A DNA stretch of 64,000 bases from Chrysomallon squamiferum (lineage: Eukaryota; Animalia; Mollusca): assembly GCA_012295275.1 (NCBI GenBank), contig CM022676.1:11098001-11162000 (forward strand), given 5' to 3'. Below the pieces are notes generated by a model, which did not search any database, was not told the DNA's origin, and saw only the letters and a program-made list of their open reading frames with translations. Below are positions 1 to 62,810 of this stretch, one piece after another; the first letter of the stretch is position 1, and each line of letters begins with the position of its first letter. A program made the translations under genes and the position numbers.

Positions 1-1947
1 TGTCAATGTTTGAAAATGTTAGAAATACACCCACTAATACACGAATATATACTATGTCAATGTTTGAAAATGTTAGAAATACACCCACTAATACACGCAT
101 ATATACTATGTCAATGGTTGAACATGTTAGAAATATATATACTATGTCAATGTTTGAAAATGTTAGAAATACACCCACTAATACACGCATATATACTATG
201 TCAATGTTTGAAAATGTTAGAAATACACCCACTAATACACGCATATATACTATGTCAATGTTTAAACATGTTAGAAATACACCCACACCCACTAATACAC
301 GCATATATACTATGTCAATGTTTAAACATGTTAGAAATACACCCACTAATACACGCATATATACTATGTCAATGTTTGAACATGTTAGAAATACACCCAC
401 TAATACACGCATATATACTATGTCAATGTTTGAAAATGTCAGAAATACACCCACTAATACACGCATATATACTATGTCAATGTTTGAAAATGTTAGAAAT
501 ACACCCACTAATACACGCATATATACTATGTCAATGTTTGAAAATGTCAGAAATACACCCAGACCCACTAATACACGCATATATACTATGTCAATGTTTG
601 AAAATGTTAGAAATACACCCACTAATACACGCATATATACTATGTCAATGTTTGAAAATGTCAGAAATACACCCAGACCCACTAATACACATATATATAT
701 ACAATGTTTAAACATGTCAATGTTTGAAAATGTTAAAATGTTAGAAATACACCCACTAATACACGCATATATACTATGTCAGTGTTTGAACATGTTAGAA
801 ATACACCCACTAATACACGCATATATACTATGTGAATGTTTGAAAATGTTAGAAATACACCCACTAATACACGCATATATACTATGTCAATGTTTGAACA
901 TGTTAGAAATACACCCACTAATACACGCATATATACTATGTCAATGTTTAAACATGTTAGAAATACACCCACTAATACACGCATATATACTATGTCAGTG
1001 TTTGAACATGTTAGAAATACACCCACTAATACACGCATATATACTATGTCAATGGTTGAACATGTTAGAAATACACCCACTAATACACGCATATATACTA
1101 TGTCAGTGTTTGAAAATGTTAGAAATACACCCACTAATACACGCATATATACTATGTCAATGTTTGAAAATGTTAGAAATACACCCACTAATACACGCAT
1201 ATATACTATGTCAGTGTTTGAAAATGTTAGAAATACACCCACTAATACACGCATATATACTATGTCAGTGTTTAAACATGTTAGAAATACACCCACTAAT
1301 ACACGCATATATACTATGTCAGTGTTTGAACATGTTAGAAATACACCCACTAATACACGCATATATACTATGTCAATGTTTGAAAATGTCAGAAATACAC
1401 CCACTAATACACGCATATATACTATGTGAATGTTTGAAAATGTCAGAAATACACCCACTAATACACGCATATATACTATGTCAATGTTTGAAAATGTCAG
1501 AAATACACCCAGACCCACTAATACACGCATATATACTATGTCAATGTTTGAAAATGTTAGAAATACACCCACTAATACACGCATATATACTATGTCAATG
1601 TTTGAAAATGTCAGAAATACACCCAGACCCACTAATACACGCATATATACTATGTCAATGTTTGAACATGTTAGAAATACACCCACTAATACACGCATAT
1701 ATACTATGTCAGTGTTTAAACATGTTAGAAATACACCCACTAATACACGCATATATACTATGTCAGTGTTTGAAAATGTTAGAAATACACCCACTAATAC
1801 ACGAATATATACTATGTCAATGTTTGAAAATGTTAGAAATACACCCACTAATACACGCATATATACTATGTCAATGGTTGAACATGTTAGAAATACACCC
1901 ACTAATACACGCATATATACTATGTCAGTGTTTGAACATGTCAGAAA
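1..1947. repeat. 51-bp minisatellite (with 57-bp variants)
   Basis: Unit TGTCAATGTTTGAAAATGTTAGAAATACACCCACTAATACACGCATATATACTA-type. Confidence 0.95.
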
Positions 1948-2722
1948 TGCGCACACAACTGGTACAGACAAAATTAATATTTACTTACGTTGTAGTAATA
2001 TAGGTTTTAAATATATTTTTAAATTTTTGTTTTTTGTATTTTTGTTTTGTTTGATACCTTCGAGTATGAGTTTACTTTTACTAATGAATGTTACCTTTTA
2101 TTTTATTTTATTTTATAGATAATTAATACTCATCTTATAAATAATTTTACCTTTATAGGTTGCTGTAGATATATAACTGCTGAGACTGTCCTTTCTTACA
2201 GTGAACTGACCACATATACAGTTTTCTTCTGGCTTTTAAGATCATTTATACACATTTAGGAATTTACATTGAAACATCATATCGTAGTGAAACAAAATAC
2301 TAAGAAATATAAACTTTTTTTAGAATCTTATCTAATATTAATGTTTCATTGCTAACAACTTCTTATATCTTTTTTTTTTTTTTTCTTCGTTTCAAAATAC
2401 TTCTAAGCACTGTTAAGTACCGAAAAAATGTACAAAAACCTGCCATATTTGCTGGGATTAAAATGTATTGATATATTCATTTAGTGGAGAGAGTGTGTGA
2501 AAATTATATTTAACTGTTTTTACTCTAACATTCCAAAGTGTAACATGGCCATAAAAACCTGCTGCTTTATTCCTAGTCATGTCAGATTAACTTCAAAAAT
2601 GTGTAATGAAATGTTTATCAAAGCATTTTTTCTTCTGCATTTTTCTCTTATGCAGAAATACCTGAGAAATTCAGCCGTTGAAAATGAAAAATCATTTAAT
2701 TTTAATATGAGAATTACTATAA

Positions 2723-2757
<35 letters not shown>

Positions 2758-3242
2758 AATAAACTTTTAAATTATATTTTTTCTGTGAGACAAAACTATT
2801 GTTACTCTTATACACAAGTCTGTAGATATTGTGAGACAAAATTTGTAGTTATTGTGATTCTATGAGACAGAATTTGTAGCTGCTATGTGACAAAACTTTA
2901 CAGTTTCTATCAGACAAAACTTTGTAGTTACAGCGAGACAAATTCTATTTAGTTTCTGTGTGACAAAATTTTGTAGCTACTGAACTATGGATGACGTGAT
3001 CACCAGTATATCAGTTCTGACATTTATTTCTTCTTTCTTTTATTGTTTATTCACTAGTGCAGATTTGTGGCTTTATCCAGGATAGCTGCTCTCTACAGAC
3101 AAAAACCACCACCAACAACAACAACAACAAAAATATCTACTGGTATGTGTATAATATGTCTATTTATCATTCTCAACAAAAGAGCTTAATCACTTTGTTT
3201 ATGATATTAACACGACAACTGAATTTCTCTGTTTATAATTTA

Positions 3243-3307
<65 letters not shown>

Positions 3308-4004
3308 TTATTATTATTATTATTATTATTATTATTTACACGTCTTAATATTTCTATGTTAGTATATCATATAAATTCACTATCAGTCTTTGTATGTCAG
3401 CGTATCATATCAGTTCATTATCAGTATGTGTATAAGTTCATTTATCCATATTTGTATTTGTCATATCATTGTAGGTATGAGAGTTTGTATGTTAGTATAT
3501 CATATCAGTTCAATATCAATGATTACATGTTAGTATATCAATTTAGTATCAGTATGTTTGTATGCTTGTAAATTACTATTCGGCTGTGAATGTATCATGT
3601 TAGCAAAACAATATCTGAGGTAGGTAACAGCTATGAATTGATAAAAATGGAAAGTCTTATAATAAATAAATAAACAAACAAACAAATAAACAACCAAAAA
3701 TAAAAAACAATAGCTATAAATGAGTTATATTTGTTTTGAATTTAATTTTCGATCAATTGCAATTAGTTTAATATATTTAAAGCTTGACATTTTTCAAGAT
3801 AATTCTTATTTTTTCCAAATGTTGTACTACTACTGCTATAAATAAATAAATAAATAAATAAATGTAATTTGTGCTTCTGCTAAAAAGTTATAAAGCATTT
3901 ATTTAATTCATTTCATACCAAATTAAAAACAACAAAAACAAATAATAATAAGAAATAAAAAACGAAAACAAAAACAAAGAAAAAGGAAATAGGAAACTAT
4001 TAAT

Positions 4005-23179
<19,175 letters not shown>

Positions 23180-23643
23180 CTGACAATAATAAATAAAATA
23201 ATAAATAAATAAATAAGTAAATAAATAAGTAAATAAATAAATATTAATTAAATAAATACTACAGTATTACTCTTGCTACTAGTTTTACTAAGATGACTAG
23301 GACTACTAGGATTACTGTGATTATTATTATTATAAAAATCCATATTCCAGCTATTATTTATTTTGATTAATTATTATTATTATTATTATAACAATAATGA
23401 TGACAATAACAACAAATATATATAAGCACACACACACGTGCGTGCTCGCACACATTCATACATACACATACAATGGGTAATGTAAAAATCTAATAACGAA
23501 ATGAAAGGATACAACACAAAAATATATGTGAGAGCTATAGGAGCATACTGGGAAAAAGGTGAAACTGTCCACATACATAAGCAAAAGGAGTATACATTAG
23601 AATGTGAGAACATCAGACACATTTCGCTGCTGAAACATTGGAT

Positions 23644-23843
23644 NNNNNNNNNNNNNNNNNNNNNNNNNNNNNNNNNNNNNNNNNNNNNNNNNNNNNNNNN
23701 NNNNNNNNNNNNNNNNNNNNNNNNNNNNNNNNNNNNNNNNNNNNNNNNNNNNNNNNNNNNNNNNNNNNNNNNNNNNNNNNNNNNNNNNNNNNNNNNNNNN
23801 NNNNNNNNNNNNNNNNNNNNNNNNNNNNNNNNNNNNNNNNNNN
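23644..23843. other. Assembly gap (200 N)
   Basis: Run of exactly 200 N, the form of a fixed-size scaffolding gap. Confidence 0.98.
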
Positions 23844-25665
23844 ACGCATATATACTATGTCAATGTTTAAACATGTTAGAAATACACCCACTAATACACG
23901 CATATATACTATGTCAATGTTTAAACATGTTAGAAATACACCCACTAGAAATACACACTAATATATATATACTATGTCAATGTTTAAAATGTTAGAAATA
24001 CACCCACTAATACACGCATATATACTATGTCAATGTTTAAACATGTTAGAAATACACCCATGTCTAGAAATACACCCACTAATACGCATATATACTATGT
24101 CAATGTTTAAACATGTTAGAAATACACCCACTAATACACGCCCACACCCACTAATACACGCATATATACTATGTCAATGTTTGAAACATGTTAGAAAATA
24201 CACCCACCCACTAATACACGCATATATATACTATGTCAATGTTTAAACATGTTACCTAAATACACAACATATATACTATGTCCACACCCACTAATACACG
24301 CATATATACTATGTCAATGTTTAAACATGTTAGAAATACACCCACTAATACACGCATATATACTATGTCAATGTTTAAACATGTTAGAAATACACCCACT
24401 AATACACGCATATATACTATGTCAATGTTTAAACATGTTAGAAATACACCCACACCCACTAATACACGCATATATACTATGTCAATGTTTGAACATGTTA
24501 GAAATACACCCACTAATACACGCATATATACTATGTCAATGTTTGAACATGTTAGAAATACACCCACTAATACACGCATATATACTATGTCAATGTTTAA
24601 ACATGTTAGAAATACACCCACACCCACTAATACACGCATATATACTATGTCAATGTTTAAACATGTTAGAAATACACCCACACCCACTAATACACGCATA
24701 TATACTATGTCAATGTTTGAAAATGTCAGAAATACACCCACTAATACACGCATATATATATACTATGTAAACAATGTTTGCATATATAAAATGTTAGAAA
24801 TACACCCTATGTCAATGGTTGAACATGTTAGAAATACACCCACTAATACACGCATATATACTATGTCAATGTTTGAAAATGTTAGAAAATACACCCTACT
24901 AATACACGCATATATACTACACGCATATATACTATGTCAATGTTTAAAAATGTTAGAAATACACCCACTAATACACGCATATATACTATGTCAATGTTTA
25001 AAAATGTTTGAAAATGTTAGAAATACACCCACACCCACTAATACACGCATATATACTATGTCAATGTTTGAAAATGTTAGAAATACCCACCCACTAATAC
25101 ACGCATATATACTATGTCAATGTTTGAAAATGTCAGAAATACACCCACTAATACACGCATATATACTATGTGAATGTTTGAAAATGTCAGAAATACACCC
25201 ACTAATACACGCATATATACTATGTCAATGTTTGAAAATGTCAGAAATACACCCATATATACTACCAATGTTTGAAAATGTTAATACACGCATAATACAC
25301 GCATATATGTCATGTCAATGTTTGAACATGTTAGAAATACACCCACTAATACACGCATATATACTATGTCAATGTTTAAACATGTTAGAAATACACCCAC
25401 TAATACACGCATATATACTATGTCAATGTTTGAACATGTTAGAAATACACCCACTAATACACGCATATATACTATGTCAGTGTTTGAAAATGTTAGAAAT
25501 ACACCCACTAATACACGCATATATACTATGTCAATGTTTGAAACATGAAAATGTCAGAAAAACCCACTAACCCAGACCCACTAATACATGCATAATGCAT
25601 ATATACTATGTCAATGTTTGAACATGTCAGAAATGCTATGTCAATGTTTGAACATGTCAGAAATG
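23844..25665. repeat. 51-bp minisatellite, second copy (noisy units)
   Basis: Same unit with many scrambled indels at the contig start. Confidence 0.93.
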
Positions 25666-26437
25666 CGCACACAACTGGTACAGACAAAATTAATATTTAC
25701 TTACGTTGTAGTAATATAGGTTTTAGATATATTTTTAAATTTTTGTTTTTTGTATTTTTGTTTTGTTTGATACCTTCGAGTATGAGTTTACTTTTACTAA
25801 TGAATGTTACCTTTTATTTTATTTTATTTTATAGATAATTAATACTCATCTTATAAATAATTTTACCTTTATAGGTTGCTGTAGATATATAACTGCTGAG
25901 ACTGTCATTTCTTACAGTGAACTGACCACATATACAGTTTTCTTCTGGCTTTTAAGATCATTTATACACATTTAGGAATTTACATTGAAACATCATATCG
26001 TAGTGAAACAAAATACTAAGAAATATAAACTTTTTTTAGAATCTTATCTAATATTAATGTTTCATTGCTAACAACTTCTTATATCTTTTTTTTTTTTTTC
26101 TTCGTTTCAAAATACTTCTAAGCACTGTTAAGTACCGAAAAAATGTACAAAAACCTGCCATATTTGCTGGGATTAAAATGTATTGATATATTCATTTAGT
26201 GGAGAGAGTGTGTGAAAATTATATTTAACTGTTTTTACTCTAACAATCCAAAGTGTAACATGGCCATAAAAACCTGCTGCTTTATTCCTAGTCATGTCAG
26301 ATTAACTTCAAAAATGTGTAATGAAATGTTTATCAAAGCATTTTTTCTTCTGCATTTTTCTCTTATGCAGAAATACCTGAGAAATTCAGCCGTTGAAAAT
26401 GAAAAATCATTTAATTTTAATATGAGAATTACTATAA

Positions 26438-26475
<38 letters not shown>

Positions 26476-26973
26476 AATAAACTTTTAAATTATATTTTTT
26501 CTGTGAGACAAAACTATTGTTACTCTTATACACAAGTCTGTAGATATTGTGAGACAAAATTTGTAGTTATTGTGATTCTATGAGACAGAATTTGTAGCTG
26601 CTATGTGACAAAACTTTACAGTTTCTATCAGACAAAACTTTGTAGTTACAGCGAGACAAATTCTATTTAGTTTCTGTGTGACAAAATTTTGTAGCTACTG
26701 AACTATGGATGACGTGATCACCAGTATATCAGTTCTGACATTTATTTCTTCTTTCTTTTATTGTTTATTCACTAGTGCAGATTTGTGGCTTTATCCAGGA
26801 TAGCTGCTCTCTACAGACAAAAACCACCACCAACAACAACAACAACAAAATTCAACAACAAAAATATCTACTGGTATGTGTATAATATGTCTATTTATCA
26901 TTCTCAACAAAAGAGCTTAATCACTTTGTTTATGATATTAACACGACAACTGAATTTCTCTGTTTATAATTTA

Positions 26974-27055
<82 letters not shown>

Positions 27056-27850
27056 TACACGTCTTAATATTTCTATGCTAGTAGATCATCTCAATTTAGT
27101 ATAAATATGTTTGTATTTCTGTGTATGTATTTCAGGTAGCAGTATGTATATATATGTTAGTAAATCATATTAATATATCTTAATATATCATGTCAATTCA
27201 GTTACCTGTATGTTTGAATGTTTACGATCAATACATTTCTACCTTTGTATCTCATATCATTTCTGGTATCAATATGTTTATATCTCTATTTATCATATCA
27301 ATTCAGGTATGTTAGTATATCATATAAATTCACTATCAGTCTTTGTATGTCAGCGTATCATATCAGTTCATTATCAGTATGTGTATAAGTTCATTTATCC
27401 ATATTTGTATTTGTCATATCATTGTAGGTATGAGAGTTTGTATGTTAGTATATCATATCAGTTCAATATCAATGATTACATGTTAGTATATCAATTTAGT
27501 ATCAGTATGTTTGTATGCTTGTAAATTACTATTCGGCTGTGAATGTATCATGTTAGCAAAACAATATCTGAGGTAGGTAACAGCTATGAATTGATAAAAA
27601 TGGAAAGTCTTATAATAAATAAATAAACAAACAAACAAATAAACAACCAAAAATAAAAAACAATAGCTATAAATGAGTTATATTTGTTTTGAATTTAATT
27701 TTCGATCAATTGCAATTAGTTTAATATATTTAAAGCTTGACATTTTTCAAGATAATTCTTATTTTTACCATATGTTGTACTACTACTGCTATAAATAAAT
27801 AAATAAATAAATAAATGTAATTTGTGCTTCTGCTAAAAAGTTATAAAGCA

Positions 27851-27856
27851 TTTATT
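27851..27856 (-). terminator. Candidate polyadenylation signal AATAAA of gene B
   Basis: About 100 nt after the stop; equivalent at 3898-3903 in copy A. AT-rich background weakens it. Confidence 0.3.
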
Positions 27857-27957
27857 TAATTCATTTCATACCAAATTAAAAACAACAAAAACAAATAATA
27901 ATAAGAAATAAAAAACGAAAACAAAAACAAAGAAAAAGGAAATAGGAAACTATTAAT

Positions 27958-56392
<28,435 letters not shown>

Positions 56393-56396
56393 ATTG

Positions 56397-56432
56397 GACT
56401 GATGATGAATAAGTTAAGCATACATTTATATA
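56397..56432 (-). promoter_or_regulatory. Core promoter of gene B: TATA box (TATATAAA, 56432-56425) and Inr (TCAGTC, +1 near 56400)
   Basis: TATA starts 32 nt upstream of the Inr A; Inr matches invertebrate TCAKTY; ATG follows 8 nt later. Confidence 0.55.
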
Positions 56433-56910
56433 ACCAGTTTTACTAATTTTAACATAAAAAAGAAAAACGTGTTTTTATCAGTTTTATATCAACACCTGTC
56501 ACACTGTTCTAGATTAAAACTCACAGTTTATATCTGTGTCTAAATATTTTATACTCTACATCAGTGTGAATATCTGTAAAAACTACTGTACTAATATACA
56601 CTTCTGAAACTGATAATAGTATTCAAGTATATCAATATGTGATTATGTTAGAAGAAATATATATTCAATATTTTTATTTATTTACTTAGTTAATTAGTTG
56701 GAACTTTTTCTATATTGTTAAGAAAAACTTCATTCATAAATTACAATAATGTTTTTTTTTTTTCTTATCATTAAATCTGGCTTTTAGTTGTGTATGTTGT
56801 ATATATGTTCACACACACACACACACACACATACAGACAATATGTTAAACAAGGCAATTACTAGGATGAGTCTATATATCTATCTATATATCTATCTATC
56901 TATCTATCTA

Positions 56911-56958
<48 letters not shown>

Positions 56959-58189
56959 GGCCAAGTCATCTAATGTTTTCTGGGTGTTTTAATATTTATT
57001 TGTTTCTTGATCGTGTTAGTGTGCCCTGCTTATTTTCCCAGTGGTTAATCCTAACATGTCAAAGACGAACATTAACAATACTGTAAAAGTGAGTGAGTTG
57101 TGTACTAAGAACCAACAGTGCTATTAATGTTTTTCCTCAACAAGTCCAGTTTCTGTCAAACAGCTCTTACATTTAAAAGTGGTCAACAGACCTAAGTGGA
57201 GTTTGATATTTATTTAAAAAAAACTGTCTGTTTTTTGTTCAGACGTGTGTCAGTTAAAACAGCCCTTAGAAACCGTACAGTTGTTAGAAGAGGTTTTCAG
57301 TATTTGAAAAGCTTTCTGTTTTAATGCCACTAAACATATAATAAGGTCAAATAAAACTGAATAAAGCCACTGTCCGACAGATCCACCACTTACTCTGACT
57401 GGTTTGCATGCAAAATGTCGTTGCTTTCTAAACGAAACTTTATTAGAAACGACAAACATGGATAATGTGATAACCACACAAATGTTTTCAGAGGGATGAG
57501 TACAGATGACCTGGAATGATTTCTTGATGTTTTCCCCTGCTCCTGACACACACACACACACACACACGCACACCCACAGATTATTCACGATAAAAATACC
57601 TTAGCAGACTTAACGATGTGGTAATATAATTACAGTGTAAAGTGAGGCAAGCACACGGGATATTTCATGAAATATGAACACTGCTTACTTTTCAACAAAC
57701 ATTCATTTTGGCTGAAATGTCACATTTGTAGAATAATTATGCAACGTTTATGATATAAATCTGTTAATATGAAAATTAAATGTTAAAATATTGTATTTTC
57801 TATTTAATATTTATGTTTTATCCTAAAATTTATCCCATATCACGCCAAACTGCTAAATCAGTTTATTAATTATATGTTATTTCTGCACGTTTATTAATAA
57901 CTTTTCAAATGTTTATTTATTTATTTATTTATTTTATAACATATTGTTATTTGTGTAAGGTTGTTTATTAATAACATGTTGTTACTATTTATGTTTCATT
58001 ATCAAAAATGCGTTAGTTCAGTCAAAGAAATAAATAAAACATAGCTGTATCTACTTATACACAAACAAAGACATAAGCACAGACAGAATGGTTAACACTG
58101 TTTTTCTAGTTTATAAAGTAAAAATGTTTGATTAATATTCTTATTTAGTAACAACAATATGAATCCTTACTACGTTGTTTTTTCATCAT

Positions 58190-59055
58190 GTTCTGTGTAT
58201 GTATGTACGTGTTCTGTGTATGTATGTACGTGTTCTGTGTATGTATGTACGTGTTCTGTGTATGTATGTACGTGTTCTGTGTATGTGTGTACGTGTTCTG
58301 TGTATGTGTGTACGTGTTCTGTGTATGTATGTACGTGTTCTGTGTATGTATGTACGTGTTCTGTTTATGTGTGTACGTGTTCTGTTCTGTGTACGTGTTC
58401 TGTATGTATGTGTCGTGTTCTGTGTGTGTATGTATGTACGTGTTCTGTGTATGTATGTACGTGTTCTGTGTATGTATGTACGTGTTCTGTGTATGTATGT
58501 ACGTGTTCTGTGTATGTATGTACGTGTTCTGTGTATGTATGTACGTGTTCTGTATGTATGTACATGTTCTGTGTATGCATGTACGTGTTCTGTGTATGTA
58601 TGTACGTGTTCTGTGTATGTATGTACGTGTTCTGTGTATGTATGTACGTGTTCTGTGTATGTATGTACGTGTTCTGTGTATGTATGTACGTGTTCTGTGT
58701 ATGTATGTACGTGTTCGTGTTCTGTGTATGTATGTACGTGTTCTGTGTATGTGTGTACGTGTTCTGTGTATGTATGTACGTGTTCTGTGTATGCATGTAC
58801 ATGTTCTGTGTATGTATGTACGTGTTCTGTGTATGTATGTACGTGTTCTGTGTATGTATGTACGTGTTCTGTGTATGTATGTACGTGTTCTGTGTATGTA
58901 TGTACGTGTTCTGTGTATGTATGTACGTGTTCTGTGTATGTATGTACGTGTTCTGTGTATGTATGTACGTGTTCTGTGTATGTATGTACGTGTTCTGTGT
59001 ATGTATGTACGTGTTCTGTGTATGTATGTACGTGTTCTGTGTATGTATGTACGTG
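58190..59055. repeat. 21-bp minisatellite
   Basis: Unit GTTCTGTGTATGTATGTACGT. Confidence 0.95.
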
Positions 59056-59510
59056 CATCTCTTAATGCTTGACGACATCAGATAACATTACGGATGTATT
59101 TTAGGTGCCAGCATTACAGATTTCAGTATATAATTATCAGACATTTTTATATATTAGTTTTTATTTCTCATATGTTCAGTGGTGTCTGTGTGTACACACC
59201 AGCCAGCAAATGCGTACAGTTATTTATGTTCATTGCACGTGCAAATATTGAGCAAACAATTATTATGACTTGCATTTACAGCGACAGAAACAAGTCACTG
59301 AAAAATAAGAAAAAAACATTTTGTACATATAAAGTATTTGTATAATAAGCGTAATACACATAAACAAGATAATTAACATGTCAAATGTATTTTTTCAATA
59401 CAAAAGAAACAAGAATAGACTGATTAACAGATATCTGTCCAACAGTGAATCAGTCTGCCCCTAAACTTGAAATAGAATAATCTGTTCAAAACATCACAAA
59501 CAAAAATGAA

Positions 59511-59546
<36 letters not shown>

Positions 59547-59882
59547 TAGTTAGTTAAATAACAATTAATTAATTAATTTATGTATTTATTTTATATTATT
59601 TATCGTTAATTTTTAAATTAATTTATTATATTTTAAGAAAGTGTATTTTTATAGTGTTTAAAGAAGTATACCAAATACATTATTATTATGTTTGTCAGTT
59701 TTCTGTAAAAACAACAATATAATAATAATAACAACAACAACAACAGCAACAACAACAACATAGTCGTCATTAAAACAAATAACCTCATAAACAATATTAG
59801 TTTTGTTTCTTAAAAAAAAAAAAAATGGCAACATTTTTGTGCCATTAGTTAGATGATTAATGTGTTAGCCGCACATGCTGTC

Positions 59883-60447
59883 GTCTCCGTGCAGTCTGAC
59901 GTCTCCGTGCAGTCTGACGTCTGCGTGCAGTCTGACGTCTCCGTGCAGTCTGACGTCTCCGTGCAGTCTGACGTCTGCGTGCAGTCTGACGTCTCCGTGC
60001 AGTCTGACGTCTCCGTGCAGTCTGACGTTTCCGTGCAGTCTGACGTCTCCGTGCAGTCTGACGTCTCCGTGCAGTCTGACGTTTCCGTGCAGTCTGACGT
60101 CTCCGTGCAGTCTGACGTCTCCGTGCAGTCTCACGTCTGCGTGCAGTCTGACGTCTCCGTGCAGTCTGACGTCTGCGTGCAGTCTCACGTCTCCGTGCAG
60201 TCTGACGTCTCCGTGCAGTCTCACGTCTGCGTGCAGTCTGACGTCTCCGTGCAGTCTGACGTCTGCGTGCAGTCTGACGTCTCCGTGCAGTCTGACGTCT
60301 CCGTGCAGTCTGACGTCTGCGTGCAGTCTGACGTCTGCGTGCAGTCTAACGTCTCCGTGCAGTCTGACGTCTCCGTGCAGTCTGACGTCTCCGTGCAGTC
60401 TAACGTCTGCGTGCAGTCTCACGTCTCCGTGCAGTCTGACGTCTGCG
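59883..60447. repeat. 18-bp GC/CpG-rich minisatellite
   Basis: Unit CGTCTCCGTGCAGTCTGA. Confidence 0.96.
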
Positions 60448-60879
60448 GCTAATCAGCTTTCATTTAGTAATGACGTGTCTGGCTGAGGATGACATGTCAT
60501 ATGAAAAGAATAATGTTGCTAAGATACTTCTGTTTTATCCGTTCACTAAGCATTAATTTGAACTAGAATATAGATAATGTATTTGGGTCCTTAAAACAAT
60601 TAAATAAAACAAATAAAAATAAAAGTAAATAAATAATAATAATAATGATACTTGTAATAATAATAATGTGTAAGAAAATAAAATAAAACGGAAATCTATA
60701 TCAATCTTTCTCTGATGTTCATTTGTTTGTTGGTTGTTTGAGAGTTGGAAATTGAAGCAAACAATTCATCCTAACTCCCAATGAAAAACAATGAATATTC
60801 TCTGCCATGCTGCCTTACAATGCAATTGATTTTGATACTTTTGTTTTATAGTTTCTGTTGTTTAATGTTATAGCTTTTG

Positions 60880-60941
<62 letters not shown>

Positions 60942-61099
60942 AAAAAATTCATTAATGTCAGGAGCAGCTTTTAATCGTGTTTTGTGTAGAACATCATATA
61001 AGAAAAATAACAGCAACACAAGCAATAAGAAGGAGGTGGGAAGGGATCAGAAGATGAAAAAATCACAGAACGTTTTATGAAAACACCAACGTAGCGTTT

Positions 61100-62290
61100 T
61101 TGTTATTTCTCACATTGTTTATTATTGTCAGTTATTTGCTATAGTGTTTGTTATTGTATAATGTTTGCTATTTGTTATAGATATTTTGAATTTCTACCAG
61201 TTGTTTATTATTTATGATCTGTTTTCTATGTTATTTGTGATAGCGTTTGTTATTTGTAATAGTTTAGTGTTATTTACAATAGTTTTATTTGTGACATGCA
61301 TTTGTTATTTGCGATAGTCTATTTCCTCTTTATGATGCTATATATGTGTGTGTGTTATTATGATAGTGTATTTCTTATAGTATATTTGATATTTATCATA
61401 GTCTTTGTTGTATTAACAATTATAGTATATTTCTTATTTATCATAGTCTTTGTTGTTTATAACAATGTTTGTTTTATTGACAATGCATTTGTTAGTGTTT
61501 CTTGTTTTTAACAGTTTGCATTTGTTAGTTATTTATTTATGTTTGTTTTTATGACAATGCATTTGTTATTTATCAGTTTCATATTTGTGACAGTGTATTT
61601 GTTATTTGTTTTATTGACAGTGTATTTGTTATTTATCACAGTATTTGTTGTTTATGGCAGTGTTTTTTTGTTATTTATAAGTATTTTTCATATTTGTGAC
61701 AGTGTATTTTGTTATTTATCACAGTATTTGTTGTTTATGACAGTGTATTTGTTATTTTAGTTTTATCGCAGTGTTTGTTATTTTGTTTATTACAATTTAT
61801 TTATTTATTAATCATAGTGTTTCATCTTTATGACAATGTATTTGTTATTTTAGTTTCAGTTTCATGTATTTTTATTGATCGTAGTGTTTGTTGTTTATTA
61901 CAATTTATTTATTATTTATCATAGTGTTTCATCTTTATGACAATGTATTTGTTATTTATCAGTTTCATGTTTATGACGGTGTGTATGTTATTTATCATAG
62001 TGTTTCATGTTTATGACAGTGTGTATGTTATTTATCATATGTTTCATGTTTATGACGGTGTGTATGTTATTTATCATAGTGTTTCATGTTTATGACGATG
62101 TATTTGTTATTTATCATAGTGTTTGTTTTATATGACTATGTATTTGTTGGTTATCATAGTGTTTATTGTTTATGACAATGTATTGGTTATTTGTCGTAGT
62201 GTTTGTTGTTTATGACAGTGTATTTGTTTTTTATCATAGTGTTTCATGTTTATGACAATATATTTGTTATTTATTGTGGTGTTTGTTATT
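61100..62290. repeat. Old degenerate T-rich tandem repeat (~37-40 bp)
   Basis: Recurrent GTTTCATGTTTATGACAGTGTGTATGTTATTTATCATA-like units. Confidence 0.7.
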
Positions 62291-62475
62291 TGTGATAACA
62301 CCATTTTCTTTATGTCATTATATTTCTATTATGTACTTTTCACTTTTCTCAATTAAAGGTTCACGCTTACCCGGAAACAGCATCTGATCGATTATTATCC
62401 TATTGCATGAACATAATGAAATACAGTAAAGCAAAAACTTCCGCTCAACACTTTTGTTCATTTCCATCTGTCATA

Positions 62476-62518
<43 letters not shown>

Positions 62519-62810
62519 TAAATATTTTTTTATTTATGAGTTCTACTTTGTTTCTTTCTTTCGATCCTCATTCTATCACGTTATGTCATTGGATGGCACT
62601 CGACAATGTCCACACATACACACATACACATAGACACACGCATATACATATATATATATATATAGATAGATACACAGACATATACAACTACTATTACTAT
62701 TAATAATATGTGAATAAATTAGTATGCAGCAAATATTAATTATAATTTTTGACATTTAAGCAAAAAGAAAATATCAAACACGAAAGAAGATCAATGTATT
62801 TTATTTTTGT

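Noticed and set aside
6-2122. Long ORFs (665, 412, 233, 230 aa) in several frames
   Set aside because: Translations of a 51-bp minisatellite, open on both strands and switching frame freely.
57250-57588. 112-aa minus-strand ORF upstream of gene B
   Set aside because: Non-ATG start running through a (GT)n tract; no recognisable motif.
58159-60486. Repeat ORFs (CSVYVCT)n, (SVQSDV)n, (RLHGDV)n
   Set aside because: 21-bp and 18-bp tandem repeats; no splice or unique coding context.
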